Shown here: positions 36,655-47,161 of the stretch, in pieces
How the letters are laid out: every line of letters begins with the position of its first letter
Position numbering within the stretch: the first letter of the stretch is position 1
Assembly: GCA_002413705.1 (NCBI GenBank)
Contig: DHXN01000008.1
Location: 16,576 to 66,285, forward strand
Direction: 5' to 3'
DNA length: 49,710 nt
Source of the DNA: Candidatus Nomurabacteria bacterium UBA5155
Lineage (GTDB): Bacteria > Patescibacteriota > Minisyncoccia > Phycocordibacterales > UBA9973
The notes under the pieces: generated by a model
What the model was told of the DNA's origin: nothing
What the model saw: the letters and a program-made list of their open reading frames with translations, nothing else
The model's database searches: none
Position numbers and translations under genes: made by a program

Positions 36655-36725
36655 ATGTGCATTACAGCTATTTGTAATAATCGATTATTAACGAACTGTT
36701 CGAGAAAATATATTTAATATAAATT

Positions 36726-37202
36726 ATGAAGAAGAATCTTAAAAAAGGTTTTACATTGATTGAACTCTTGGTGGTTATCGCAATCATCGGTATTCTTGCC
36801 TCTGTAATCCTCGCATCACTCGACTCGGCACGTGCTAAGGGTGTTGATGCTGCAACCAAAGCAGACCTCGATAACTCTCGTGCACAGGCAGAATTGTTCT
36901 ATGACAGTGGTGGTGTCAGTGCTAATACTTATCTAAATGTTTGTACTACGGCTGTAACCGCTAGCGGTATTCAGGGTATGATACAAGATGCTGCTGGAAA
37001 GACAGGAACCACCGTTGCAGCTAATGGTGTTGCTGGAAGCATATCTGCAACTGCATGTCACGACTCTGCAGGAGCATGGGCAGCTGAAGCGCCACTTAAA
37101 TCAGTTACTACTGGTGGACCATGGTACTTCTGTGTGGATAGTACCGGTGCATCAAAACAAACAACAACTGCGCTTGGAGCAGCTGCAACCGTTTGTAGTT
37201 AA
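36726..37202 (+). CDS. pilA: major type IV pilin
   Basis: Class III signal MKKNLKKG/FTLIELLVVIAIIGILASV with Glu+5. Two Cys pairs lie in the C-terminal half. Confidence 0.85.
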   Translation: MKKNLKKGFTLIELLVVIAIIGILASVILASLDSARAKGVDAATKADLDNSRAQAELFYDSGGVSANTYLNVCTTAVTASGIQGMIQDAAGKTGTTVAANGVAGSISATACHDSAGAWAAEAPLKSVTTGGPWYFCVDSTGASKQTTTALGAAATVCS

Positions 37203-37233
37203 TAGAGACTATCTCTAGCTAATTGCAAATAAT

Positions 37234-37266
37234 AAAAAATCCTTCATTTACTTGAAGGATTTTTTA
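37234..37266 (+). terminator. rho-independent terminator after pilA
   Basis: AAAAAATCCTTCA-tttact-TGAAGGATTTTTT. Confidence 0.8.
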
Positions 37267-37313
37267 TTATTTCTTCGGTTTAAATTGATACTCTGAATGA
37301 TACATTTTCTGTC

Positions 37314-37757
37314 ATGACTGAGAGTATTTTTCGAAGAATATCCACCATAAAACGATTGGTAAAGATTTACTATGACTTGCCATATGGACAATTGATCGAT
37401 AAACACAGCGAGCTTTTGCGAGTATTTGATATTCGAGGTTCAATTCATGTTTTTCACCCGCATAAAATGATGCGAGTATATATTTCTCGTCGAGCCCTAA
37501 AACATTTTGTCGAGAGTCGAAAAATAGAGTTGGATAAATATCACAGTCCTGAGGAAACATTGAAGAGTTTTTATTTTGCTATAGATTCAATTCGAGAAAC
37601 CATTACTAATTTTGATGATTATGAAATACGTCTGTCAAAGTATTTTTATACCAAAGATTATTCTATTGTTGATAGGCCACAAATAAGAATTATTTTAGAA
37701 ATAAATAATGATAATCTTGAAATAATCTCAATTCACTTTAAAAAGAAGGGAAAATAA
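37314..37757 (+). CDS. hypothetical protein (147 aa), orphan unit between pilA and pilD
   Basis: Clean ORF bracketed by two strong terminators. I cannot assign a confident domain. Confidence 0.55.
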   Translation: MTESIFRRISTIKRLVKIYYDLPYGQLIDKHSELLRVFDIRGSIHVFHPHKMMRVYISRRALKHFVESRKIELDKYHSPEETLKSFYFAIDSIRETITNFDDYEIRLSKYFYTKDYSIVDRPQIRIILEINNDNLEIISIHFKKKGK

Positions 37758-37784
37758 AAATACCACCTTTCGGTGGTATTTTTG
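37756..37784 (+). terminator. rho-independent terminator
   Basis: AAAAATACCACC-tttc-GGTGGTATTTTT. Confidence 0.8.
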
Positions 37785-37948
37785 TAAAGCTCGGAGCGAC
37801 GGCAATTACCCAAGTAACATTTCGCTCATTAGTACACCGTTTGATAAGTGTCCGCAGCGAAGCCGATATATTTTCTGACGTCGAGCTGTGGATATCGTAT
37901 CATGGTGAAAATTCATGGTCAAGGTTTCTCGTATGGTACAATATACAT

Positions 37949-38734
37949 ATGATATTTCTTCCGATCTTCATTTTTGTTCTCGGGCTCATTATCGGAAGTT
38001 TTTTGAATGTAGTCATCTTGCGTATGAATACCGGACGCAGTGTGGCCAAAGGTCGCTCAAAATGCGCGCGATGCAGCACGGCACTTTCTTGGTATGAACT
38101 GATACCGGTGTTTTCATTTCTTGGTTTGCGAGGGAAGTGCAAGACATGTAGTAATCGCATTTCATTTCAGTATCCATTGGTAGAACTTATTACAGCGATC
38201 GTTTTCACTATATTGTACGGCGCGGTTATCAACACCTACGGTCTGACAGGAGTTGCGGCAGTGATATTTATTTTCTCAGCCACGATTGCGGCACTGCTGA
38301 TCATTATTTTTGTTTACGATATACGTCACACAATCATTCCTGATGTCGCCGTCTATCTTTTTATTCTACTGGCACTTGTTTCTATCATCTGGCGATTGTT
38401 TACCGTACCTGGTTTTGCCGCTGGTACGGCAATCTTCTACGGAGTGTTTGTGGCATTACCATTTTTCTTGTTATGGGCATTTTCCAAAGGCAAACTGATG
38501 GGCTTTGGTGATGTGAAGCTGGCACTTGGCATGGGCTGGCTGCTCGGACTGGTCGGTGGATACAGCGCGGTGCTGTTTTCATTTTGGATCGGCGGACTGG
38601 TCGGTATTATTTTGTTGGCACTGTCACGCAAGTACAACATGCGTTCAGAAATTCCTTTTGCACCATTTCTGATACTGGGAACATTTATTGTCGGTGTCTT
38701 CGGAGTAACCATTTTTACTCTTTTCAACATATGA
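37949..38734 (+). CDS. pilD: prepilin peptidase (A24 family)
   Basis: Zinc-finger CARCSTALSWYELIPVFSFL...CKTC and the catalytic GFGDVKL context. TGgTACAAT lies 6 nt before this ATG. Confidence 0.85.
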   Translation: MIFLPIFIFVLGLIIGSFLNVVILRMNTGRSVAKGRSKCARCSTALSWYELIPVFSFLGLRGKCKTCSNRISFQYPLVELITAIVFTILYGAVINTYGLTGVAAVIFIFSATIAALLIIIFVYDIRHTIIPDVAVYLFILLALVSIIWRLFTVPGFAAGTAIFYGVFVALPFFLLWAFSKGKLMGFGDVKLALGMGWLLGLVGGYSAVLFSFWIGGLVGIILLALSRKYNMRSEIPFAPFLILGTFIVGVFGVTIFTLFNI

Positions 38735-39408
38735 TAGCCACTAAAACACAACGAGGATTCACTATCATTGAAATGCTCGTCGTGGTAGCGATATTTGCTG
38801 TGGTGGCGACAGTGCTGCTCTTCCGCTATTCTGATTTCAGTACCAGTGTCGGCATACGAAATCTGGCTGAAGAAATTGGACTGACTGTTCGAGACGCGCA
38901 AAGTTATGCCACCAGTGAACGCATTATCAATGGCGCCACCGGAATTTCGAGTAGCACGTTTCCGGCATACGGCATCAGTTTTTCGGTAGATGAAAGTGTT
39001 CAACAAACATTTGATCCCAGCACTCAGAGCTTTGCACTGTTTGCCGATGTCTCAGCAAACGGCACCACAGTCACAAACAATAGCTATGACAACAACGGCA
39101 CGTGCGGCAATCCAACCACAGGGCAAGAATGCGTCGAGAACTTCACTGTCTCCGGAGGAAATAAAGTAGTATCATTGTGTACAGATCTGCCTACTGCAAA
39201 TACTTGTCTAACACCTGTCAGCGCTGGTGGATCAGGTGGTACAGTGAATGTGGTCTTTCATCGACCAAATCCTGACGCGGTGATTTGTGTCAGCGGTATT
39301 GATTGTACGATTCGCAAAGCATCATATCTTAAAATTACCGTTCAATCTCCAAAAGGATTGCAACGACTGATTACTATCTGGAACACCGGTCAAATAAGTG
39401 TTAACTAA
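38731..39408 (+). CDS. minor (pseudo)pilin
   Basis: MIATKTQRG/FTIIEMLVVVAIFAVVA prepilin signal. Its ATGA overlaps the pilD stop. Confidence 0.8.
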   Translation: MIATKTQRGFTIIEMLVVVAIFAVVATVLLFRYSDFSTSVGIRNLAEEIGLTVRDAQSYATSERIINGATGISSSTFPAYGISFSVDESVQQTFDPSTQSFALFADVSANGTTVTNNSYDNNGTCGNPTTGQECVENFTVSGGNKVVSLCTDLPTANTCLTPVSAGGSGGTVNVVFHRPNPDAVICVSGIDCTIRKASYLKITVQSPKGLQRLITIWNTGQISVN

Positions 39409-39409
39409 C

Positions 39410-40027
39410 ATGCATAAAAAAACTTTTCACCATTCATCTCAAATATCACTCAATGCAGGGTTCACGCTTGTTGAATTACTTGTTTCACTAGCACTGTTCA
39501 CCGTCATTGTGACGGCCGCTGTCGGTTCGCTCTATACCGTCAACCAAGCATCAGTGAAAGTTGGCGCGATGCGCACCGTGCTGGACAATCTCAGTTTCGC
39601 CACCGAATCGATGAGTCGTACTATTCGTACCGGAGACCTGATCATTTGCGGCGGTGTTGATAATCAATCAGGCACGGCTAACTGCGCACTGGGAAACTCT
39701 AACGGCCCTGGAAATGAAATTTCTTTGTATAGTACTATTGATAGTGCGATCATCGAATATCGATGGAGAACGGACAGTCTCACCGGCAATTATGAAATTC
39801 AGAAATGTACTGTTGTAAACAACAGTGTTAATGATAACAATTGTGTTTCTATCACTAATCCGGAAGTCAATGTGCAAAAAATGAGTTTCTATGTTGATGG
39901 CGCAGACGCTACCGACGGCAAGCAGCCAAGTGTTATGATATTGATGCAGGGCGTCGCCACGGCCGGTATTAACAATATTGCGCCATTTGCCATTCAGGAA
40001 TTAGTATCGCAACGAGCAGCAGAATAA
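39410..40027 (+). CDS. minor (pseudo)pilin
   Basis: LNAG/FTLVELLVSLALFTVIV prepilin signal. Confidence 0.75.
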   Translation: MHKKTFHHSSQISLNAGFTLVELLVSLALFTVIVTAAVGSLYTVNQASVKVGAMRTVLDNLSFATESMSRTIRTGDLIICGGVDNQSGTANCALGNSNGPGNEISLYSTIDSAIIEYRWRTDSLTGNYEIQKCTVVNNSVNDNNCVSITNPEVNVQKMSFYVDGADATDGKQPSVMILMQGVATAGINNIAPFAIQELVSQRAAE

Positions 40028-40028
40028 T

Positions 40029-40595
40029 ATGAAATATCACACATACAAAAAAGGTTTTACTCTCATCGAAACACTGATCGCGATTTTCATCTTGACACTG
40101 ACAGTCGGAGGATTGCTGACGCTGGCTGCCAATGGGTATTTCTCTGTGCGCTATGCTCGCAATCAAATCAGCGCTGACAGTTTGGTGCAAGAGTCAATCG
40201 AGTATATTCGCAACAGTCGCGACACTGCAGTGCAAGACGGAACAGACTGGCCGACATGGGTTGGACAATTCAGCAGCAATGGTTGTACTAGCAGCACCGG
40301 CTGTATCGTTGATCCTTTCAATATCGGCGGCAGCTATTTCCGCGCATGTGGCAGCACTTGTGAGGCTACTTCATTTTATCCAACCAGTGGATTTTATGGC
40401 TATGCAACAGATGGGACGTATCCTGCCACGATGACTTCCGGAGCTGCCCCGCAAACTACTACCTACGTGCGAACTGTCACCATGCATCTTGTCGGATCAG
40501 ATCAGCTGGTAGTTAATTCAACGGTTCGGTGGTTCAATGGCAATGCCGCAAAGTCCACTTCGCAGTCCACGCTACTGACCAATTGGCATTTTTAA
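40029..40595 (+). CDS. minor (pseudo)pilin
   Basis: YKKG/FTLIETLIAIFILTLTV prepilin signal. Confidence 0.8.
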   Translation: MKYHTYKKGFTLIETLIAIFILTLTVGGLLTLAANGYFSVRYARNQISADSLVQESIEYIRNSRDTAVQDGTDWPTWVGQFSSNGCTSSTGCIVDPFNIGGSYFRACGSTCEATSFYPTSGFYGYATDGTYPATMTSGAAPQTTTYVRTVTMHLVGSDQLVVNSTVRWFNGNAAKSTSQSTLLTNWHF

Positions 40596-40596
40596 T

Positions 40597-43111
<2,515 letters not shown>

Positions 43112-43119
43112 TGTTTGAT

Positions 43120-43407
43120 ATGAGTACGAATCTGAGTAGTGATGAGATAAAAAGACTGGCATTATTGGCACGACTGACTGTGCCGGAAGCCGAGCTTGAA
43201 ACGATCGGTAAGGATGTTACCAATATTTTGGGTTTTGTGGACACTATTCAGTCCGTGCAACTGGGCGATCAGGTTGCGACTGCCGATGGACACACCAATG
43301 TTTTTCGCGAGGATATAGTACACCCGATCACTCCGGCATATGATCTGATCGAAGCCGCACCGTTGCACCAAGATCATTTTGTGAAAGTACCAAAAGTGAT
43401 TGAGTAA
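43120..43407 (+). CDS. gatC: Asp/Glu-tRNA(Asn/Gln) amidotransferase subunit C
   Basis: SSDEIKRLALLARLTVPEAELE...ILGFVDTIQ. The ATG at 43120 is preferred over the GTG at 43111. Confidence 0.85.
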   Translation: MSTNLSSDEIKRLALLARLTVPEAELETIGKDVTNILGFVDTIQSVQLGDQVATADGHTNVFREDIVHPITPAYDLIEAAPLHQDHFVKVPKVIE

Positions 43408-43425
43408 CATCAAATAATTTTTTAT

Positions 43426-44823
43426 ATGGAATATCCAACAATAGAACAATTGCATAAGAAACTGACAGCGGGAGAAATGGCCGTGACGACTCTTGTTGAT
43501 GAGTATGTGGCACGCGCGAAAGCCAGTGACCTGAATGCGTTCAGAGAAATTTTTTCAGACGTTGATATTGCGGCGCAAGTTGCGACTGCACAAATGATGT
43601 TTAAAGAAGGCACCGCGACAATACTGACCGGCATGCCGATTGCATTGAAAGATAATATTTTATTTGCCGGACATATTGTCAGTGGCAGCTCAAAAATGTT
43701 GGAGCACTACACGGCCAGCTACGATGCGACAGTGGTCGAAAAATTGAAAGCTGCCGGAGCAGTGCTGATCGGGCGTACCAACATGGACGAATTTGCTATG
43801 GGATCTTCAACAGAAAATTCGGCCTATGGCGTAACCAAAAATCCTCATGATACTTCGAAAGTTCCCGGCGGTTCATCGGGTGGCTCAGCAGCGGCGGTGG
43901 CGGCAGGGTTGTGTGTGGCGGCATTTGGTTCAGATACTGGCGGCTCTATCAGACAGCCGGCGGCATTTTGCGGCATTGTCGGACTGCTGCCAACGTACGG
44001 CTCTGTGTCTCGTCATGGTTTGATGGCATTGGGTTCATCATTGGACGTGATCGGCCCAATGACTCATTCCGTCGCCGATGCTGAAATTTTTTACAATACA
44101 TTCAAAGGCGCAGACAAATATGACGGCACATCTGTTGCACAAAATGTAACAATACCATTGAAGAAAAAAATCGCTATGCCAAAAAATATGTTTGCGGCCG
44201 GCGGTGTTGATCCAGAAATCAAAAAGAATTTCGAGGACATGGTGGAGAAATTGAAAACACAAGGATTTACTGTCGACGAAATTGATTTGCCGCATTTTGC
44301 TGATTCACTGGCTGCGTACTATATCTTGATGCCGGCCGAAGTGTCTTCAAACTTGGCGCGCCTCGACGGTATTCGCTATGGCGACAGAGCGAAAAGTATC
44401 TCCATACACGATGTGTATGGAGATACGCGCGGCGCACTGTTTGGCATTGAAACACGACGACGTATTTTACTCGGCACATATGTGCTGTCACACGGATACT
44501 ATGACGCATACTATAACAAAGCGGTTGCACTACGAAGCATTATTCGCAAAGAATTTGAAACTGCCTTGGAGCAATATGATGCAATTCTAACACCAACGAC
44601 ACCAACACCGGCATTCGGCATTGGCGAAAAAGTGCATGATCCGGTCAGTATGTATCTGTCTGATTTGTTCACGGTACCTGCAAACATTACACAGCATCCG
44701 GCAATTTCTATTCCTTCAGGAAAAAGTACCAGCGGACTACCATTTGGCGTGCAATTCATTGGTGCACGTTTTGCCGAAGACACGCTGTTTAGCCTTGGTA
44801 AAATAGTCGAAGATATACGATAA
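43426..44823 (+). CDS. gatA: Glu-tRNA(Gln) amidotransferase subunit A
   Basis: Amidase signature GGSSGGSAAAVAAG and GSDTGGSIRQPA. Confidence 0.95.
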   Translation: MEYPTIEQLHKKLTAGEMAVTTLVDEYVARAKASDLNAFREIFSDVDIAAQVATAQMMFKEGTATILTGMPIALKDNILFAGHIVSGSSKMLEHYTASYDATVVEKLKAAGAVLIGRTNMDEFAMGSSTENSAYGVTKNPHDTSKVPGGSSGGSAAAVAAGLCVAAFGSDTGGSIRQPAAFCGIVGLLPTYGSVSRHGLMALGSSLDVIGPMTHSVADAEIFYNTFKGADKYDGTSVAQNVTIPLKKKIAMPKNMFAAGGVDPEIKKNFEDMVEKLKTQGFTVDEIDLPHFADSLAAYYILMPAEVSSNLARLDGIRYGDRAKSISIHDVYGDTRGALFGIETRRRILLGTYVLSHGYYDAYYNKAVALRSIIRKEFETALEQYDAILTPTTPTPAFGIGEKVHDPVSMYLSDLFTVPANITQHPAISIPSGKSTSGLPFGVQFIGARFAEDTLFSLGKIVEDIR

Positions 44824-44830
44824 TACTAGT

Positions 44831-45334
44831 GTGACTATCATAATAATTTTTAATGCGATACTGACACTGTTTGCGATTGCGCTCATCACATTGGTTCTTT
44901 TTCTGTTCGTGCGTTTTTATGAAATCCGCCAAGGAGACAAGAAAAAAAATTTGATTGTGTTGCAACATACTATGCCGACCATTGCGCAAAGCGGCGACGC
45001 GGCGATGGTGGTGCCAATTGAAAATCAAACATGGAAAAGCATCCGGGCACGACTGTTGGGAGAAAATCCAAGCGACTGGAAGCTGTCAGTCATTGAGGCG
45101 GATATTTACATGGATCGTCTGCTCGATGATAAAGGCTTTCACGGGGATACGACCAGTGACAAACTGAAGCAGATCACCCCCGATAGATTGCCATCCGTGC
45201 AGATTGCGTGGGAAGTGCACAAGATTCGCAATCGCATCGCGCATGACGGTGCGGCATTTGTGCTGACCATGCCCGAAGCGCGGCGACTGCTGTCGTACTA
45301 TGAAATTATTTTTACTGATCTCGGCGCGATTTAA
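44831..45334 (+). CDS. membrane-anchored hypothetical protein with C-terminal HEPN/DUF4145-like helix pair
   Basis: GTG start, N-terminal TM helix, and HKIRNRIAHDG (an Rx4H motif). The domain call is weak. Confidence 0.45.
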   Translation: MTIIIIFNAILTLFAIALITLVLFLFVRFYEIRQGDKKKNLIVLQHTMPTIAQSGDAAMVVPIENQTWKSIRARLLGENPSDWKLSVIEADIYMDRLLDDKGFHGDTTSDKLKQITPDRLPSVQIAWEVHKIRNRIAHDGAAFVLTMPEARRLLSYYEIIFTDLGAI

Positions 45335-45395
45335 TTTCGGAAAACGCCATTTGCATTAATCTGATAAGGATTGTATAATCCAACCCTAACTATAT

Positions 45396-45466
45396 CGCGG
45401 GGTAGAGAAGTGGTATCTCGTAAGGCTCATAACCTTAAGGCAGCTGTTCGATTCAGCTCCCCGCAA
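45396..45466 (+). tRNA. initiator tRNA-fMet (CAU)
   Basis: C1 opposite A72 gives a mismatch. A11:U24 in D stem GAGA/TCTC. Anticodon arm TAAGG-CTCATAA-CCTTA. T arm AGCTG-TTCGATT-CAGCT. Confidence 0.8.
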
Positions 45467-45511
45467 CAATTTACAAATAGGCTCATTATGCTATAGTCTT
45501 GTGGCACTTAT

Positions 45512-45585
45512 GCCGGTGTAGCTCAGGTAGTTAGAGCATCTCACTCATAAAGAGAAGGTCACAAGTGCAAATCTTGTCATCGGCA
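45512..45585 (+). tRNA. elongator-type tRNA with CAU anticodon (Met, or Ile2 if lysidinylated)
   Basis: Acceptor GCCGGTG/CATCGGC. D arm GCTC-AGGTAGTTA-GAGC. Anticodon loop CTCATAA. T arm ACAAG-TGCAAAT-CTTGT, with G at position 55. Confidence 0.7.
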
Positions 45586-45621
45586 CACTTCACAATATTT
45601 ATTACTAATTTTACTGAGTAA

Positions 45622-46293
45622 ATGCCAGTTTATAAAAATGTAAATAAAAAATTTTTTAACATATGGACTTCTGAAATGGCATACGTGCTAGGATTTTTTG
45701 CTGCCGATGGTTATATTACAGTTAATAAAAGAGGTGGACAATATTGGGGTATTCAAATTATTGATAAAAATTTGTTGGAAGAAATTAAAAAGGTGATTGG
45801 ATCTGAACACGCTATTGGTTGTAAAAAAGGTAAGGAAAATGAAAGCACATTATATCGTCTTCAGATCGGCAGCATTGAAATATGTGATGCACTTCGGGGG
45901 TTGGGGTTTTCTGAAAAGAAAACAAACAATATGACACTGCCCGGTGTCCCGGAAGAGTATGTTGGAGATTTTATCAGAGGATATTTTGATGGTGATGGCA
46001 ATGTCTGGGTTGGTAAGAATAATGCGCGTCGAGAAAGAAGTGTTGATACGATACTTGTCATGTTTACTTCCTGTTCTGAATCATTCTTACAGTCTTTGAA
46101 ACAAAGACTCATTTTGAAAGGTTTAAAGGGTGGTTCACTATATTCCTTAAAAGAAGGGTATTTTCGGCTTTCACTGAGTGTGCAGGACTCTTTGAAATTA
46201 TTCGAAATTATGTATAATAACAGCACGTCAGAGAGCTTGTATCTAAAGCGAAAGAAAGACGTTTTCGAACAATTTATAGCAATGCGACCGTAG
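45622..46293 (+). CDS. double-motif LAGLIDADI homing endonuclease
   Basis: LGFFAADGYI and IRGYFDGDGNV motifs about 100 aa apart. The last 10 nt, including the TAG stop, lie inside tRNA-Asp. Confidence 0.85.
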   Translation: MPVYKNVNKKFFNIWTSEMAYVLGFFAADGYITVNKRGGQYWGIQIIDKNLLEEIKKVIGSEHAIGCKKGKENESTLYRLQIGSIEICDALRGLGFSEKKTNNMTLPGVPEEYVGDFIRGYFDGDGNVWVGKNNARRERSVDTILVMFTSCSESFLQSLKQRLILKGLKGGSLYSLKEGYFRLSLSVQDSLKLFEIMYNNSTSESLYLKRKKDVFEQFIAMRP

Positions 46294-46358
46294 CTCAGCT
46301 GGTTAGTAGCGCCCGCCTGTCACGCGGGAGGTCGGCGGTTCAAGTCCGCTCGGTCGCG
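46284..46358 (+). tRNA. tRNA-Asp (GUC)
   Basis: Acceptor GCGACCG/CGGTCGC, anticodon arm CCCGC-CTGTCAC-GCGGG, T arm GGCGG-TTCAAGT-CCGCT, discriminator G. Confidence 0.9.
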
Positions 46359-46363
46359 CAAAG

Positions 46364-46393
46364 AAAAAGAACCATAGAAATAGGGTTCTTTTT
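46364..46393 (+). terminator. terminator after tRNA-Asp
   Basis: AAAAAGAACC-10-nt loop-GGTTCTTTTT. Confidence 0.55.
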
Positions 46394-46453
46394 CGTATAC
46401 TTGAAATTTGACTTTATATAGGGAAAATGTAGAGTGAAGAAAAATTGAAAATT

Positions 46454-46939
46454 ATGCAAGAGACTGAAACGTATACCCGCCCCATTATCACTTTCCTGAA
46501 AAACCTCAAAGGAGATGATTTATTTATCACGGGAGACTGCTTATTGTCCCCGTCAACATTTAAGATGTTTTTTATAGCTAATCATCTTAGCTTGCGACCT
46601 GTTTTTATTCTAAGCCCTAAAAACAGTAAAGAAAAACTCATTCTCGTGTCAGAGGGTGATATACAACATTTTGGCAATAAAAAATATATGAGCCAATACG
46701 GATTATCCGTACATTTCCACAATACACTTCCGTGTATGTACATTCTCCGAATGAATGAGTGGAACAATGAAATAGTGTGGAGACTTGGCACTGAATTAAG
46801 GGAATGGGAATCATGTGAGTTGGAAAGAAAGGTTACGGAAAAAGGACTTATACAGTCAACTGTAATACATGTTGATTTTACGGCAACCTTTCAGCATGAA
46901 AATGCAAAAGCAGGTACCTTTACTCTTGGTATTCGGTAG
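46454..46939 (+). CDS. hypothetical protein (161 aa)
   Basis: Clean ORF followed by a strong terminator. I recognise no motif. Confidence 0.5.
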   Translation: MQETETYTRPIITFLKNLKGDDLFITGDCLLSPSTFKMFFIANHLSLRPVFILSPKNSKEKLILVSEGDIQHFGNKKYMSQYGLSVHFHNTLPCMYILRMNEWNNEIVWRLGTELREWESCELERKVTEKGLIQSTVIHVDFTATFQHENAKAGTFTLGIR

Positions 46940-46954
46940 ATTTTTCTCATAATG

Positions 46955-46985
46955 AAAGCCCGAGTGAAATTACTCGGGCTTTTTC
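46955..46985 (+). terminator. rho-independent terminator
   Basis: AAAGCCCGAGT-gaaatt-ACTCGGGCTTTTT. Confidence 0.8.
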
Positions 46986-46987
46986 TA

Positions 46988-47015
46988 TTGACTTTATCCA
47001 TGAAAAACATAGAAT
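46988..47015 (+). promoter_or_regulatory. sigma70-like promoter of a mini transcription unit
   Basis: TTGACT, 16 nt, then TAGAAT. Confidence 0.5.
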
Positions 47016-47032
47016 AATAAAAAAATAACGTT

Positions 47033-47149
47033 ATGAAAAAATATAATTGGTTCTGGATGTTTTTTAAAAAGATTGGCCTATTGTTCGACTCTATAATAAC
47101 TGAAGTAAAAATCTACAAGTTAAAAAAATCAGGGTTTTGGCCGCTGTAA
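47033..47149 (+). CDS. 38-codon small ORF (aromatic/basic peptide)
   Basis: MKKYNWFWMFFKKIGLLFDSIITEVKIYKLKKSGFWPL. It is framed by a promoter 18 nt upstream and a terminator 13 nt downstream. It falls below the ORF-track cutoff. Confidence 0.4.
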   Translation: MKKYNWFWMFFKKIGLLFDSIITEVKIYKLKKSGFWPL

Positions 47150-47161
47150 ATTATTATGTAT

